From a virus (lineage: Duplodnaviria > Caudoviricetes), in the IMG/VR virus record IMGVR_UViG_3300014613_000025, positions 1-64,000 of that record: DNA of 64,000 bases; one strand, given 5' to 3'. Numbering within the stretch: position 1 is the first letter of the stretch; the number at the start of each line of letters is the position of its first letter. The notes beneath the pieces are model-generated. The model saw only the letters and a list, made by a program, of their open reading frames with translations. It made no database searches and was not told the DNA's origin. The position numbers were made by a program, and so were the translations under genes. Below, one piece after another: positions 9,606-20,389 of the stretch.

Positions 9606-10535
9606 CCCGCGAACCATTCAAGCACGTAGGCCACCGCTTCAAGCCGGTCAAGGGCCTGCCGTGGCCCGTGTGTATCGGATGCGGTCTCGTGCGCTTGCGC
9701 AACCCTATCACGGAGTGGTGCGTGCGCCACGGATGCAACCATGAGGACCGCCCAGAATACAAGTCTGTGCTCAAACAGACCACATCGGAGAAGCGATGAC
9801 TGACACCCAAGACGACCGCCAGGTAGCTCGCCTACTGTGCGAGATAACGAAGATGTCGAAGACCATTGACGCGCTCACCAAGGCGCGGGACAATGCCGTA
9901 GAACAACTATATCAGACCAGTACCCAACTGCGTGGCACGGAACGCCAGTTGTCGGGGTGGCGCGTGGACGCATACAACGCCGAGGGCAAACTGGCAGACC
10001 TGCGCAACGCGGCGCAGTCGTTGTTTGATGCGTTGGACTATGTGCTAGGCCCGGAGTGGCGCTCTGACACGCTTGTCAATGGCGAGCAATCGGACGAAGT
10101 CAACGAGGCATGGTGTCGACTCGCTAAAGAACTTGGGAGGGACAAGGAATGACACGCAAAGCGGAAGAGTCAATACGTCGACTAGCATGCCTGCACAACC
10201 AAGCGGAGCACGGTCCGTGGTTGTGTGTGGCTGGTAGCGATGCCGCCAGCGAGAACTGGATACTAGCCAATACTGGCGCACATCCTGATACCGGCGAGGT
10301 TGTCTACATCACAACGGACCACCTACGCGTGAGCGAGTGTCGCGGCAATGGCGCGGAAGCGGACGGCCAATGGATCGCTGAGACGCGTACGCTTGCGCCG
10401 GAACTTGCGCGACACCTCGACACCGTTATGCACCTACTCATCGAGCACAAGGACGCGTTGCCCCACGAGGTTATCGATTGGCTTGATGCCAACACTGGGA
10501 CAGGCGACCAAGGCCAAGGCGAACTGCTGCCGTGA
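9602..10535 (+). CDS. three coupled hypothetical ORFs (9602-9799, 9796-10152, 10149-10535)
   Basis: 4-nt stop/start overlaps. Confidence 0.6.
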
Positions 10536-10579
10536 AGACCAACGGTTCCGGTTGGTTGTGTAATTGCTGACAGCGTCGG

Positions 10580-10608
10580 TTGACAGAACCGTAACATTGT
10601 GATAACAG
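10580..10608 (+). promoter_or_regulatory. sigma70-type promoter of the replication operon
   Basis: perfect TTGACA with a weak -10 (TAACAG at N17, or extended TG-N-GATAAC) immediately above ATG 10617. Confidence 0.55.
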
Positions 10609-10616
10609 GGTGCGCC

Positions 10617-10790
10617 ATGGCAAACAAGAACAGGACTGCAAAGGCCGTGCTTCTGCGAGTGAACGACAGAGAGCGCGCAATGATTGAGTGGATGTCGCAA
10701 CAGTCGGGGTTGAACCTGTCCGACACCGTTCGACAAGCGGTGCGAGAGGAGTACTCGCGTCGCTGCGGACGGGAGAAGGTGGCAGCGTGA
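10617..10790 (+). CDS. ribbon-helix-helix (Arc/CopG-like) regulator
   Basis: AVLLRVNDRERAMIEWMSQQSGLNLSDTVRQAV beta-alpha-alpha pattern. Confidence 0.75.
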   Translation: MANKNRTAKAVLLRVNDRERAMIEWMSQQSGLNLSDTVRQAVREEYSRRCGREKVAA

Positions 10791-11470
10791 AGAACCTAGA
10801 AGCGTTCAGATGGGGCTGCTATGCAGCGGGAGTGTGCACAGACGACGACGGCATCATGTTGTGCCCATTCTGTGGTGGTCACAACACGCACCATGCCGCA
10901 GTGACGGTGCACGACTCTGGCGGAGAGAACGACGACGGCAAAGAGACCTGCGTGATTGGCAGCAACGTAGTATCAAGACCGGCCACCCGCGAGGAATTCC
11001 TTGGCAGGCGTAACGATGTTGTGATATCGTTTTGGTGCGAGACGTGCCCAGCCGTTTGGGATCTTCAGATTGTCCAACACAAGGGGTCAACGTTGTTCCT
11101 TGTTGACCGCCAACGCACGTCGTTAGATGACATCGAATCCACCTGCGAGTCTCCAATCGAGGTAGCACTGTTGCGTGCCATTGTGGCCACCGGAGACATA
11201 CCGCTTGACGCAATACGCCCTCAACATGTTTTCGGTGGCTACCGGTTAGACTTTGCCATCCTACACAATGGCCGAAAGGTGTGCGTCGAAGCAGACGGCC
11301 ACGACTATCACGAGCGGACCAAAGAACAGGCGTCGCACGACCGCGCACGAGACAGGGCGTTGACGCTTGCGGGTTGGTCCGTATTGCGATTCACAGGGTC
11401 AGAGATATACAGAGACGCTGGCGCTTGCGCGTCGCAAGTTGTTCAAGCCGTTGTTGACGAGGTGGCGTGA
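10787..11470 (+). CDS. DUF559 / Vsr-like endonuclease with N-terminal Zn finger
   Basis: ESPIE...YRLDF...VEADGHDYH...DRARDRAL...GWSVLRFTGSEI. Confidence 0.85.
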   Translation: MKNLEAFRWGCYAAGVCTDDDGIMLCPFCGGHNTHHAAVTVHDSGGENDDGKETCVIGSNVVSRPATREEFLGRRNDVVISFWCETCPAVWDLQIVQHKGSTLFLVDRQRTSLDDIESTCESPIEVALLRAIVATGDIPLDAIRPQHVFGGYRLDFAILHNGRKVCVEADGHDYHERTKEQASHDRARDRALTLAGWSVLRFTGSEIYRDAGACASQVVQAVVDEVA

Positions 11471-12465
11471 TGCCAACCTTTGAAGTGGATGACAAGCTGC
11501 ACTCTCACCCCAAGACAGACTCGGCTGGTCTAGAAGCCATGGGGTTGTGGGTCGTTGCCGGGTCGTGGTCCGCTGACTACCTGACCGATGGATTTGTCCC
11601 CCAGGGACGCGCTCTCAAGTTCGGCGAAGTGTCCCTATGGGACAGGTTGGTGGACGCTGGTTTTGTTGAGCGCGTCGATGGCGGTTACCAGTTTCACGAC
11701 TGGGACCACTGGAACCGGACCGCTGTCACAATTCAAACCGGCAGAGCTAGAGCGGCCGAAAAGAAGGCGGATCAACGGGCAAGAAAGCGAGCATTGTCTA
11801 AGTGTCCCCAGGGGACACCTGCTAGGACATCCCCAGGGACATCCCAGGGGACTCCCCCAGGGAGTCTTATGGGGAGTCCCGACGTCCCACGCGCGCGCGT
11901 ATCCCAGGCCTCCTCCTCCTCCGTTTCTCTTCCTACGGAAGAGTCGACGCCCGCCGCGCCGCCAACCGACAAGCCAACCAAGTCAACACAGCAATCGTTG
12001 ACGTTGCCAAAGTTGGATCGAGGTTTTGGGTTCGGCCTATGGCAACCACGGTACAAGGCTAAGTATGGCGTGACGTATCGCTCGCCCAAGCAAAGCCCTG
12101 ACGGCAAGATAATGTCTTCTCTCGTTGATGAGGCAATGAGTGCCGCTCGCGAGCGAGCAGCAGAAACGCAAACGCTGTTCGACACAAGTACCGTTGCCGA
12201 TGTGTTGGCGCATTGGTTCGATTCGTACCTTGCGTCTGATAGTCAATTCTTGCAAACACAACGACACCCGCTCCGGTTCTTGCCGTCAGAGATAGGCAAG
12301 TACGGTTCTCCGTGGGAGACCGCAACCAGCATCGATGGCGATGACTTCGAGTGGACCGACGAGGGACCAACTACTCCACCGGAAGACCCTCCTGGAACAG
12401 AGTACGTCAAACCCGAAGAGATAAACGCTTTCGTTGAGCAACTTGCATTCGGTGAGCCAACATGA
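11467..12465 (+). CDS. putative replication initiator (replisome organiser)
   Basis: N-terminal VDDKLHSHPK...GLWVVAGSW...TDGFVP, low-complexity linker with internal repeats, located upstream of primase and DnaB. Confidence 0.65.
   Translation: MMPTFEVDDKLHSHPKTDSAGLEAMGLWVVAGSWSADYLTDGFVPQGRALKFGEVSLWDRLVDAGFVERVDGGYQFHDWDHWNRTAVTIQTGRARAAEKKADQRARKRALSKCPQGTPARTSPGTSQGTPPGSLMGSPDVPRARVSQASSSSVSLPTEESTPAAPPTDKPTKSTQQSLTLPKLDRGFGFGLWQPRYKAKYGVTYRSPKQSPDGKIMSSLVDEAMSAARERAAETQTLFDTSTVADVLAHWFDSYLASDSQFLQTQRHPLRFLPSEIGKYGSPWETATSIDGDDFEWTDEGPTTPPEDPPGTEYVKPEEINAFVEQLAFGEPT
11802..11861 (+). repeat. iteron-like repeats inside the initiator gene
   Basis: four CCCAGGG (11807, 11832, 11843, 11855) and inverted repeat GTGTCCCC-A-GGGGACAC (11802-11818). 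Confidence 0.55.
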
Positions 12466-13508
12466 GCGAGCACAGGGATACCGTTGCGCAAGCGTGGGCG
12501 TCGCGTGGGCCGTTTGGCGCGTGCGACTTGCTCAATGTGCGATACGAGCGCAACGGGCGCAACGCGGTAGTGTCGTGTCTGTGGCACGCTGACAAGTCGC
12601 CATCGTGCAACGTGGCAATCGGCCCAAACGGTACGCTACGCTTCCACTGCTTCGCATGCTCGCAGTCGTGGGACATCTTCTCAGCGGTGGCAGAACGCGA
12701 TGGCCTCGACGCGTCCACCGACTTCCCGAAGGTGTTGTGTCGTGCCGCTGAGCTTGTGGGTTGTTGGGATGTCGTTGATGACATCGAGGGTCGCGAGACT
12801 AAACGCGAGGCAAAGCCATTGCCGGTTCAATCTGTACCGGTTGAGGTTGAGCGCACCTATCCAGACCCGAAAGAGATTGCCAACCTTGTGGGTCAGTGCG
12901 TAACGTGTGACTCCGACCGTGGTGTGTGGGACTGGCTCAAGGGTCGCGGGTTGAACGCCTTTGCGGTTGCGGTTAGAGACCTGGCCTACGCGTTGCCTGA
13001 AGACGCCACCCTTCCGTTTTGGGCTAAGTATCGAGGCAAGACATGGGTTGAACTTGGACACCGACTGATTGTCCCGTTGTTCGACAGTGAAGCACAAGTG
13101 CGAAGCGTGCGCGCGGGTCGTATCGTTGATGGTGAGTCGCCTAAGCGCTTGCCGCCATCGGGCCACAAGGCAAGCGGATTGGTTATGCTTGACTCGATGG
13201 GCCGCGAGGCATTCCGCCTTGGCGCGTGGCCCTCGTGGGCGACTGGCGAATCAAGGTTCGTTGTGTGCGAGGGCGAGCCAGACTTCTTGTGTTGGGCCAC
13301 ACATAACAACAAGTTGAACGAGTGCCCCAAGCATGCAGTGATTGGCATCTACTCAGGTTCGTGGTGCGATGATATCGCGGCAAGGATTCCTGACGGGTCA
13401 AAGGTTGCCATCTGGACTGACGCCGACGACGCTGGGGACAAGTACGCCGCAATCATCCGCAAGTCATTGGAGCACCGTTGCTCCGTCATTAGAGGTAAGT
13501 ATCAATGA
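12462..13508 (+). CDS. DNA primase (CHC2 zinc finger + TOPRIM)
   Basis: CLWHADKSPSC...HCFAC; VVCEGEPD and IWTDADDAG. Confidence 0.85.
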   Translation: MSEHRDTVAQAWASRGPFGACDLLNVRYERNGRNAVVSCLWHADKSPSCNVAIGPNGTLRFHCFACSQSWDIFSAVAERDGLDASTDFPKVLCRAAELVGCWDVVDDIEGRETKREAKPLPVQSVPVEVERTYPDPKEIANLVGQCVTCDSDRGVWDWLKGRGLNAFAVAVRDLAYALPEDATLPFWAKYRGKTWVELGHRLIVPLFDSEAQVRSVRAGRIVDGESPKRLPPSGHKASGLVMLDSMGREAFRLGAWPSWATGESRFVVCEGEPDFLCWATHNNKLNECPKHAVIGIYSGSWCDDIAARIPDGSKVAIWTDADDAGDKYAAIIRKSLEHRCSVIRGKYQ

Positions 13509-14491
13509 CACGAGACGCAAACGATGTTCTGTTGTCGAAGGGTCGGTTGCCTGACCCATTCGAACCTGAGACGTCGGACGATATCGTTGACATGAAGACG
13601 TCGCTACGTGACGCGCTCACCGACGTGACACACAGAATGCAACGCAACGGAGAACTTGCTGGAGCGTGCACTGGATACACGAAGATCGACAACGCCATCG
13701 ATGGTTGGCAACGCGAGCAGGTCTACGTGGTCGGCGGGCGCAGCGGCATTGGCAAGTCAGTGTTCGGCCTCAACGTCGCAATGCGTTTTGCCGATCGAGG
13801 TCTTGGCGTCGACTTCATTACTCTTGAGATGCCAATCGGACAGCAGGCATTGCGTGCCATGTTCTGCAAGTCTGGGGTCGAGTCTCATCGGTTGAAGTTC
13901 GGGACTATGCGTCCCACCGACTTCGCCGACATGGTTCAAGCCAACCGCCACATGTGCGATTGGACGTGGGCCTGGAACCCAAAGTCAACGCTAAACATCG
14001 AAGGCATCCGCGAACACATCCAACGGGTCAAGGCGCACTTCGCATCGAAGGGGAAAGAACTTCACGCTGTGTTCATTGACCACGTCCTAAACATCAAGGG
14101 ATCGAACCTGCGGCAACCAAGGCGTGAACAACTGATACACATCACGCAGCAGTTGAAGTCTATTGCTAAAGATGAGCACGTTTGCATGGTGGCATTGACG
14201 CAACTAAACAGGTCATTGGAGCAACGCGGGGTGAAGGACAAGCGGCCTCGCATCTCTGACCTAAAAGAGTCCGGTTCGTTCGAGGAAGACTCCGACGTTG
14301 TCATGTTGCTGTATCGTGCGGACAGGTACGAAAAAAACCGCGAGCGATGGAACTACGAATTTGAGGTGTCGTTGCCGAAGATTCGCGGGGGCGAGGACGG
14401 GGTGTGTTCGATTCTGAAGTTTGACGGCCCACGCTACCGTATCGACAACAACGAGACGGATACGGGTAGCGACACGGACCCAAACCGTTAG
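13505..14491 (+). CDS. dnaB: DnaB-like replicative helicase
   Basis: GGRSGIGKS, FITLEM, VFIDH, LTQLNRSLE, SDLKESGSFEEDSD. Confidence 0.93.
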   Translation: MTRDANDVLLSKGRLPDPFEPETSDDIVDMKTSLRDALTDVTHRMQRNGELAGACTGYTKIDNAIDGWQREQVYVVGGRSGIGKSVFGLNVAMRFADRGLGVDFITLEMPIGQQALRAMFCKSGVESHRLKFGTMRPTDFADMVQANRHMCDWTWAWNPKSTLNIEGIREHIQRVKAHFASKGKELHAVFIDHVLNIKGSNLRQPRREQLIHITQQLKSIAKDEHVCMVALTQLNRSLEQRGVKDKRPRISDLKESGSFEEDSDVVMLLYRADRYEKNRERWNYEFEVSLPKIRGGEDGVCSILKFDGPRYRIDNNETDTGSDTDPNR

Positions 14492-14502
14492 GGGGTAGAT
14501 GT

Positions 14503-14988
14503 ATGCGAGTGCTAGGCATTGACCCAGGTGTTCACGTTGGTTGGTGCGTGGTTGACATGTTCGCCAAACCCGAATGGGTGGCGCATGGTGTTATCGAGTG
14601 TCAACCCGGCGACGAACTGGATACGGCTAACGAGCTTTGCGAGATAGTCGCGGAGCACAATACCGCCTTGGTAGCCATTGAGGACTACGCGCGCCGGTTC
14701 GTGTCGCCAAAGGCAGCACAGCAGATGATTCAGGCGGCGCAGTCGTGTGGTATGATTCGCGGGTTGCTGACAGCGTGGCTTGAGCCGTCGTCAGGCGTTG
14801 ACGTTGTGGCCTACCCGGCAAACGTCTGGCGCAAAGCTATAGTTGGGAACGGGTCGGCGAAGGATGCGAAGATCGAATGGGCCTTGCGTGAACTGCACCA
14901 CGTGACGGACATGCCAAGGCGCACTAACGCTCACGTGCGAGACGCTTGCGGGTTGGCAATCTATGCGGGTCGCGAGGTGGACCAATGA
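14503..14988 (+). CDS. RuvC-like Holliday junction resolvase
   Basis: VLGIDPG, VAIED, C-terminal HVRDACGLA. Confidence 0.85.
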   Translation: MRVLGIDPGVHVGWCVVDMFAKPEWVAHGVIECQPGDELDTANELCEIVAEHNTALVAIEDYARRFVSPKAAQQMIQAAQSCGMIRGLLTAWLEPSSGVDVVAYPANVWRKAIVGNGSAKDAKIEWALRELHHVTDMPRRTNAHVRDACGLAIYAGREVDQ

Positions 14989-17900
14989 TGCGCCTTGGTA
15001 AGTGGGGGCTGGATACCAAGTGGTATCGCATCCGCTCCGAGTCGTACGGCCTTGGCGTTGACGTCGACACGTGGAACCAATTGGTTGGGTTGGAGATAGC
15101 CAACGCGGAGGTGTGGGTGTGCGTGCCAGGTTGGGGTAGGCGTGTTGTTTTGCGAATTGGTCACGAGCACGGTTGACAATGCGACGGCAGTGGTTATCGT
15201 TGAGGTGGAGGCAACATGATTGACCCGAAGGCTATCGAGGATGCTAGGTACATATCGTCCATGGGTGCAGCCTGGTGCGGTTCGCCTCGCAGTGTTGTGG
15301 TTGCCCGTGCATTGCTCGCCGAGCACGACCGGCAGGAACGGCAGCGGTGCGGGACGTGCCGGTGGATGGACATGAGCGAGTGTCTCAGAATCCCTGGCGC
15401 GTGGATTTCTACATGCGAACACACATCGTGCTCGTGGTGGCAGGCAAAGGACGGTGCGGAATGACCGACGATGAACTGGCGCAGGTCAAGGCGATTGTTA
15501 GGGGGTTCGCGTGGCCGTGTGGAGCATCACTGCGGAGCATCCTAACGGACCTTGATGCGCTGCCTGTGCATGGCACGTGCGAGACTTGCGCAGAGTGGAT
15601 GACGTTTGAGGGCAGGCCATGCGGTTCCCTCGAACCTGGGCATGGTGAGTGCGGAGAGTGGGAACGCGCTAGCTACTACGCAATCACGCGCAAAGAGGAA
15701 TACTGTTCGTGTTGGATAGCGAGAGGTGGCAACGAATGACCGACGAAGAACTGCAGGCAATCTGGGAACGGGTCGAAGCTGTTGGCGACAACTGGAGGAC
15801 GTGGGACGAATTGCATGACAACGCTATCACCGACATCCAGGCCCTCCTCGCCGAAGTCGACCGGCTGCGCGCCTTGGCGATGCGGTGGGAAGCGGTAGCG
15901 AGCGAACTTGGTGTGTCCATCGCGTAAACAGGAGGCAACCAGCCCACCTAGCCAAACATGGCCAACGCTGGCGTGACGTTGGCTTAGGAGGGCCGTTTGG
16001 GTTGTCGCGCGTGGTAGGAGGCATGACGGAACGAAAGGCCGTCCTAGATACCGCTACGGCCCAGCAAACAGGTGTTACGTTTTGCAACAGGGAGGCATGG
16101 TAGAATGGCAACGATTCAATTGAACGAGGGTGCGCGGCTCGTGGGAACCACAGGGCCGACGCAGTGGACGCTAGAAACGCTGCGCATTGCGGGACCAAAC
16201 GCCAAGAACCCTGGCGAGGAACACTGGACGGGTGTCGGTTGGTGGCCAAAGTTGGGGATGGCGTTGACCCACGTGCTAGAGCACGACATCGCGGGGTCGC
16301 AAGCGGAAGGTATCGCCGAACTGAGGGCCGTTGTTCTCGCCGCTCGCGACGATATCGTTAGCGCGGTAGGTGGGTCGTGAGTGACGCGCTAACAACCAAG
16401 CAGTGCATGATTGAACTGATAGCCATGGCGCAACTGATGGGCAGACCCAACGAGCAAGCGCAAGTGCGAGACGCCATCGTGTGGGACGGACAGGTTAGCG
16501 GCTACTACAATCGCGACTTCGCCGAAGACGCGCGCGCTCACCTGTGCAACGCGCTAGTGTGCGTGGCTACGGCCATCGCCTACGGGGCAGAGACCGGCGA
16601 GAACTTCGACGCGCTGCACGACATCGCTGAGGTGTGGTTCGACCTGGAGGATAGCAGTGTCACCGGCTGAACGGGTTGAGGCAATCCTGAAGCGTTGTCG
16701 TGGTAGACAGGTATGGCGTGACAACATGGCAATCAATCAACAACGAAACACTGAACGCGTCATCAAGCGAAAGCAAAGGGTCAAACTGTCCAAGGCGTGG
16801 CTGCTAGAGCAGTATGTCATTCAGCGTCGCAGTACGGCATCGATAGGCAAAGAGCGGAGATGCTCGCCCTGTTCCGTGTCAACAGCACTGCGGCGTTGTG
16901 GCATAGCGATACGACCCGTGAATACGCCAGACATTGACGACCCCGAACGCATCGCTGAGATGCGCAAGCACGACAAGCCCGATTGTGTGTCATATCGCAC
17001 ATGCCTGACAACGGCGTTCAACCTTGACACTCCGTGCGTGTGCGAGCAAGGTTGTCGACGCTACCAGGCGGAACCCGCTGCGCTTCGCATCGAGCGAGTC
17101 TCACCACTGCGCAGTGCTATGGGCTGGTTCGTCGGCGAGGATTCCGACACGTGAGCGTGAAGTCGCGCAAGGCCATGGTTGACAGGGCCAAGTCGATGGT
17201 TACTGTTGACATCATGAACCCCGGCGAGCGCATCGACCCGCTACCCGAAGCCGTGGCGTGGTGTCTCGCGTCAAGGTGGTCGTTTACGTGTCGGGTGTGT
17301 GGTTCACGCGTAGCGGTATCGTCGAAGGCATTGCCGCACGACTGGATTGCAAAGCACCGCGAGTGCGAGGGAGGCGAGAGTGCCTAAGCTATACGAGATT
17401 CCCAACGGGTCAACCGTTGTGGCTGAATGCAGCGACGGTAGCACATGGCTAACGTTCCACCGCATCGATGGTATGTATTCGGTTTGCACGACAGAACGTG
17501 GTGCGCTGGCGCACTTGTATGCGTGCTCTGATATGCGGTTGCGGGATGACGGCAAGTACGAACTAGAGGGAGGCGAGAGTGAGTAACATCGAAGTCGGTA
17601 TGTGGGTCAAGGACACTTGGTATCCTGGTGCCGGTGTTGCTGTGGTAACAGCGGTAGACAAGGACGGCATTGTAGAATGTTTGCACAACAAAAAACTTGA
17701 CTCCAAGTCGTCGTGCCAAGCGGACAGGTTGGTTCCAGTCGACGACTCCGCGCGCGTCAAGGTTGGTGCTCGCGTGCGGTGGTTGCAGAACAACCACCAC
17801 GTGGAAGCCGGGGTTGTGGACCTCGTAGATGAGAGTGACAACATGGCACACGTTGAGTATTTCGGCATCAACAGGTGGGTGCGCCTGCACAAGTTGCACG

Positions 17901-18879
17901 TCATCGAGGACGCCCCGGTCAATGTGAAGGGTGTTGCTAGCGACGGCGCGGCGATTGTTGGCGTTGCCACGTCAAAGACAACGTTCACTAACACCAAGTA
18001 TGCAACGCAAGCCGAACTGTCGAACGCTGCATTTCTGCCAGTGGTCGCACACGCGGCATCGCAAGCCATCATCGCTGACAGGTACAAGCGCATTGAAGCG
18101 TTGTTCCGCGAGCATGATTGGTTGTCGCCATCGAAGCCGGTCTGGCACCCTACGCAACTGGACGGCTACATGGGTGCGAGACACCTTGACTTTGACGGCA
18201 ACATCACTGTCACCGAGGTCAAGACGCGTTCCACCGTTGATGCGAAGCCGTGCTTGCGCGAACGTCTAGCGCGAGCGTTTGGGTTGTCGCCAGACGCTAG
18301 TGACGACATCGTGGAGGCTACCGCGTGCAAGGCGTGGGATGGTGTCAGCGATAGGGCAACACGCCTTGATGTGGAATTGCGCGCACTGCGTGCAGACTAC
18401 GCGGTAGAACGTCAGCGCGCGTTGGGATTGGCCGACGTGTGCGGAGAACAGACCACCACTAACGGTTGGCTAGAGACGGAGAACCGTGACCTGCTAGCAG
18501 AGAACGCAAGACTACGTCGGAGACTGGACAAATGAGCTTCACCAGCGCTGAGATACTCGAAGAGTGCTTGTCGTCGGCATGCGTGCTAGACGCTACCCGA
18601 TACGATAGACTCTTCGCATGGTCGGACTACTGCGAGACGCGCGACAACGAGGCCGCTCAGGACCGACGCCAGCGCCTGCGATGCATTCGAGGGCGCACGC
18701 GCTCGCAATGCGGTTGGTGCGGCAGCGAGATTGTGCGCGGGTTCGACCCTGGCCGACCGCGTGGGTTCTGTTGCCATTCACACAAGACCCGCGAGATGCA
18801 CGAGCGATGCAAGCGGTTGAGGCGGGGGAGTGTTGCGGGTGGACAGGCGTTGTTGTTTGGGGAGGATGTGGGCCAATGA
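14985..18879 (+). CDS. run of small coupled hypothetical ORFs (14985-15176, 15216-15464, 15461-15739, 15736-15927, 16105-16380, 16377-16670, 16657-17154, 17151-17387, 17380-17586, 17579-18535, 18532-18879)
   Basis: mostly overlapping starts/stops and GGAGG RBSs; several Cys-rich; 16657-17154 has an HTH-like segment WLLEQY...SVSTALRRCGI. Confidence 0.6.
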
Positions 18880-19739
18880 CGTTGGAAGAGGAACAAGAAC
18901 AGCGCGCAGCGAAGTTCGTGGTGAGTGGGGCAATACCGCGCTCTGATTGGCCTCCCCTTCCTGGTGTATACTTCGCCCGTGTGGCAGAGATACCAGATCG
19001 AGTGAAGATTGGTCGGTCTGGTTGTATCCAAAAGCGGCTGGCTGACTTGGCTAGAATGAATTCTGGCACCTTGGAGGCGATGGCGTTCGCGCTTGGAGAA
19101 GAACCGTTAGAGTCGTCGTTGCATAATCGTTTCAGGGGCGCCAGGTTACATGGTGAGTGGTTCAGACTCACCGACGAAATCCAAGACGTGATTGTTAGTT
19201 ATGCCAACGAATGGCGAACCAAGATAACTGACGTGGTGCTCGCATTGCGTCAAATGGAATGGCAGAAACTTGTGGCTGAAGGGCGGACCTCCCCAGGTAA
19301 AGTGAAGGAACACATAACAGACAACATTGTGTCAGAATTGGTGTCAGGTGACATGTTTTGCGCAGAACTGTGTACGCCACACAATGGCGGAATGTGGCCC
19401 AAACCATGGCACCCTATTCTGTTAGCGGCGAGAGAGTGGTTTATCCGTAGCGTATTCGTCTTTCCAGACGCGGATAGTGGGATTGGTATAGAATACAGGG
19501 ATGAACTGCGGGAGATTGTCGATACCATTGGTCGCATTCACGCCGTATGTAACCCACGACTTGCCCAGGATTGGGCTCATTGGAGACGACCTAGGCCCTA
19601 TTGGGTCAGGCATTACATGAAAAATTCGTCTTTCTACCACGCGGCCCAACGCAACGGAATTGATGTTAACGAACTGGTCGAAGGTGTTGGTAGGTTGGAT
19701 AGTGAAAAAGAGATTGCGCTAGACTTCACTGGACACTAA
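18876..19739 (+). CDS. T5orf172/MUG113 (GIY-YIG-like) domain protein
   Basis: GVYFA...VKIGRS..IQKRLADL...LESSLHNRF...GEWF. Confidence 0.8.
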   Translation: MTLEEEQEQRAAKFVVSGAIPRSDWPPLPGVYFARVAEIPDRVKIGRSGCIQKRLADLARMNSGTLEAMAFALGEEPLESSLHNRFRGARLHGEWFRLTDEIQDVIVSYANEWRTKITDVVLALRQMEWQKLVAEGRTSPGKVKEHITDNIVSELVSGDMFCAELCTPHNGGMWPKPWHPILLAAREWFIRSVFVFPDADSGIGIEYRDELREIVDTIGRIHAVCNPRLAQDWAHWRRPRPYWVRHYMKNSSFYHAAQRNGIDVNELVEGVGRLDSEKEIALDFTGH

Positions 19740-19745
19740 CCCACG

Positions 19746-20243
19746 ATGACTCTCTCAACCTGGCTCGCCAACGACGAACTATTCCTCCGCGAACTACGCG
19801 AGGGCCACGCGTGGCAGATGCTGCCCGCCACGTTCTTCACGCTCGCAGGTCTCCGCGTCGAAGTGCCAGCACTGCGTGAGCGTGAGCGACAATCGCAGGC
19901 GCGGCAATGGTCGGACACCACCGACATCGTCCTAAACGGCTGGCCCATCGAAGTCAAGAGTAGGCGCGAGGCATTCACGAGCAACATTGACTACCCCTAC
20001 AAGACAGCGTTCGTCGACACCGTCTCAGGGTTCGAGGCGAAGACCACGAAGCCGCTCGCCTACGTGCTAGTGAGTCGACCCACCGGGGCCATGCTGTGCC
20101 TGTCCGTTGCCAAGACGCGAGCGGTGTGGAAGGTGGTCGAGAAACGCGACAGGGTCAGAGACATTGACGAGCGGTTCTACGTCGTTGGCTCGCGACACCT
20201 CCAACCGGTTGGCGTGTTGGTGGATGCGCTGAAGGCGACCTAA
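19746..20243 (+). CDS. possible PD-(D/E)XK-fold nuclease
   Basis: DTTDIVLNGWPIEVKSR motif. Confidence 0.5.
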   Translation: MTLSTWLANDELFLRELREGHAWQMLPATFFTLAGLRVEVPALRERERQSQARQWSDTTDIVLNGWPIEVKSRREAFTSNIDYPYKTAFVDTVSGFEAKTTKPLAYVLVSRPTGAMLCLSVAKTRAVWKVVEKRDRVRDIDERFYVVGSRHLQPVGVLVDALKAT

Positions 20244-20294
20244 ACGCGTGACGCCTATTGACGTGCGCTGAGATGTGGTTACCGTAGAAGATGA

Positions 20295-20371
20295 GCCGCT
20301 GTAGACTAATTGGCAGGTCGTCTCTCGTGGGCCCGTCGAGGGAGATGCGGGTTCGATTCCCGTCAGCGGTG
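20295..20371 (+). tRNA. atypical tRNA-like gene with enlarged anticodon arm (identity not assignable)
   Basis: acceptor GCCGCTG/CAGCGGT, D arm GACT-AATTGGCA-GGTC, T arm GCGGG-TTCGATT-CCCGT; anticodon arm 23 nt; upstream TTGACG-N16-TACCGT. Confidence 0.65.
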
Positions 20372-20389
20372 CTAAGTGGGAGGGAAGCG

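Noticed and set aside
19064-19080. Isolated TGGC-N9-GC matches outside 32-45 kb (here, and a weak one at about 39635-39650)
   Set aside because: Poor consensus, inside a CDS or hairpin, and not positioned at the characteristic distance from a start.
20295-20371. Assigning an amino-acid identity (Pro, Thr, Gly) to the tRNA-like gene
   Set aside because: No register gives a 7-nt loop with U33 and a paired 5-bp stem.
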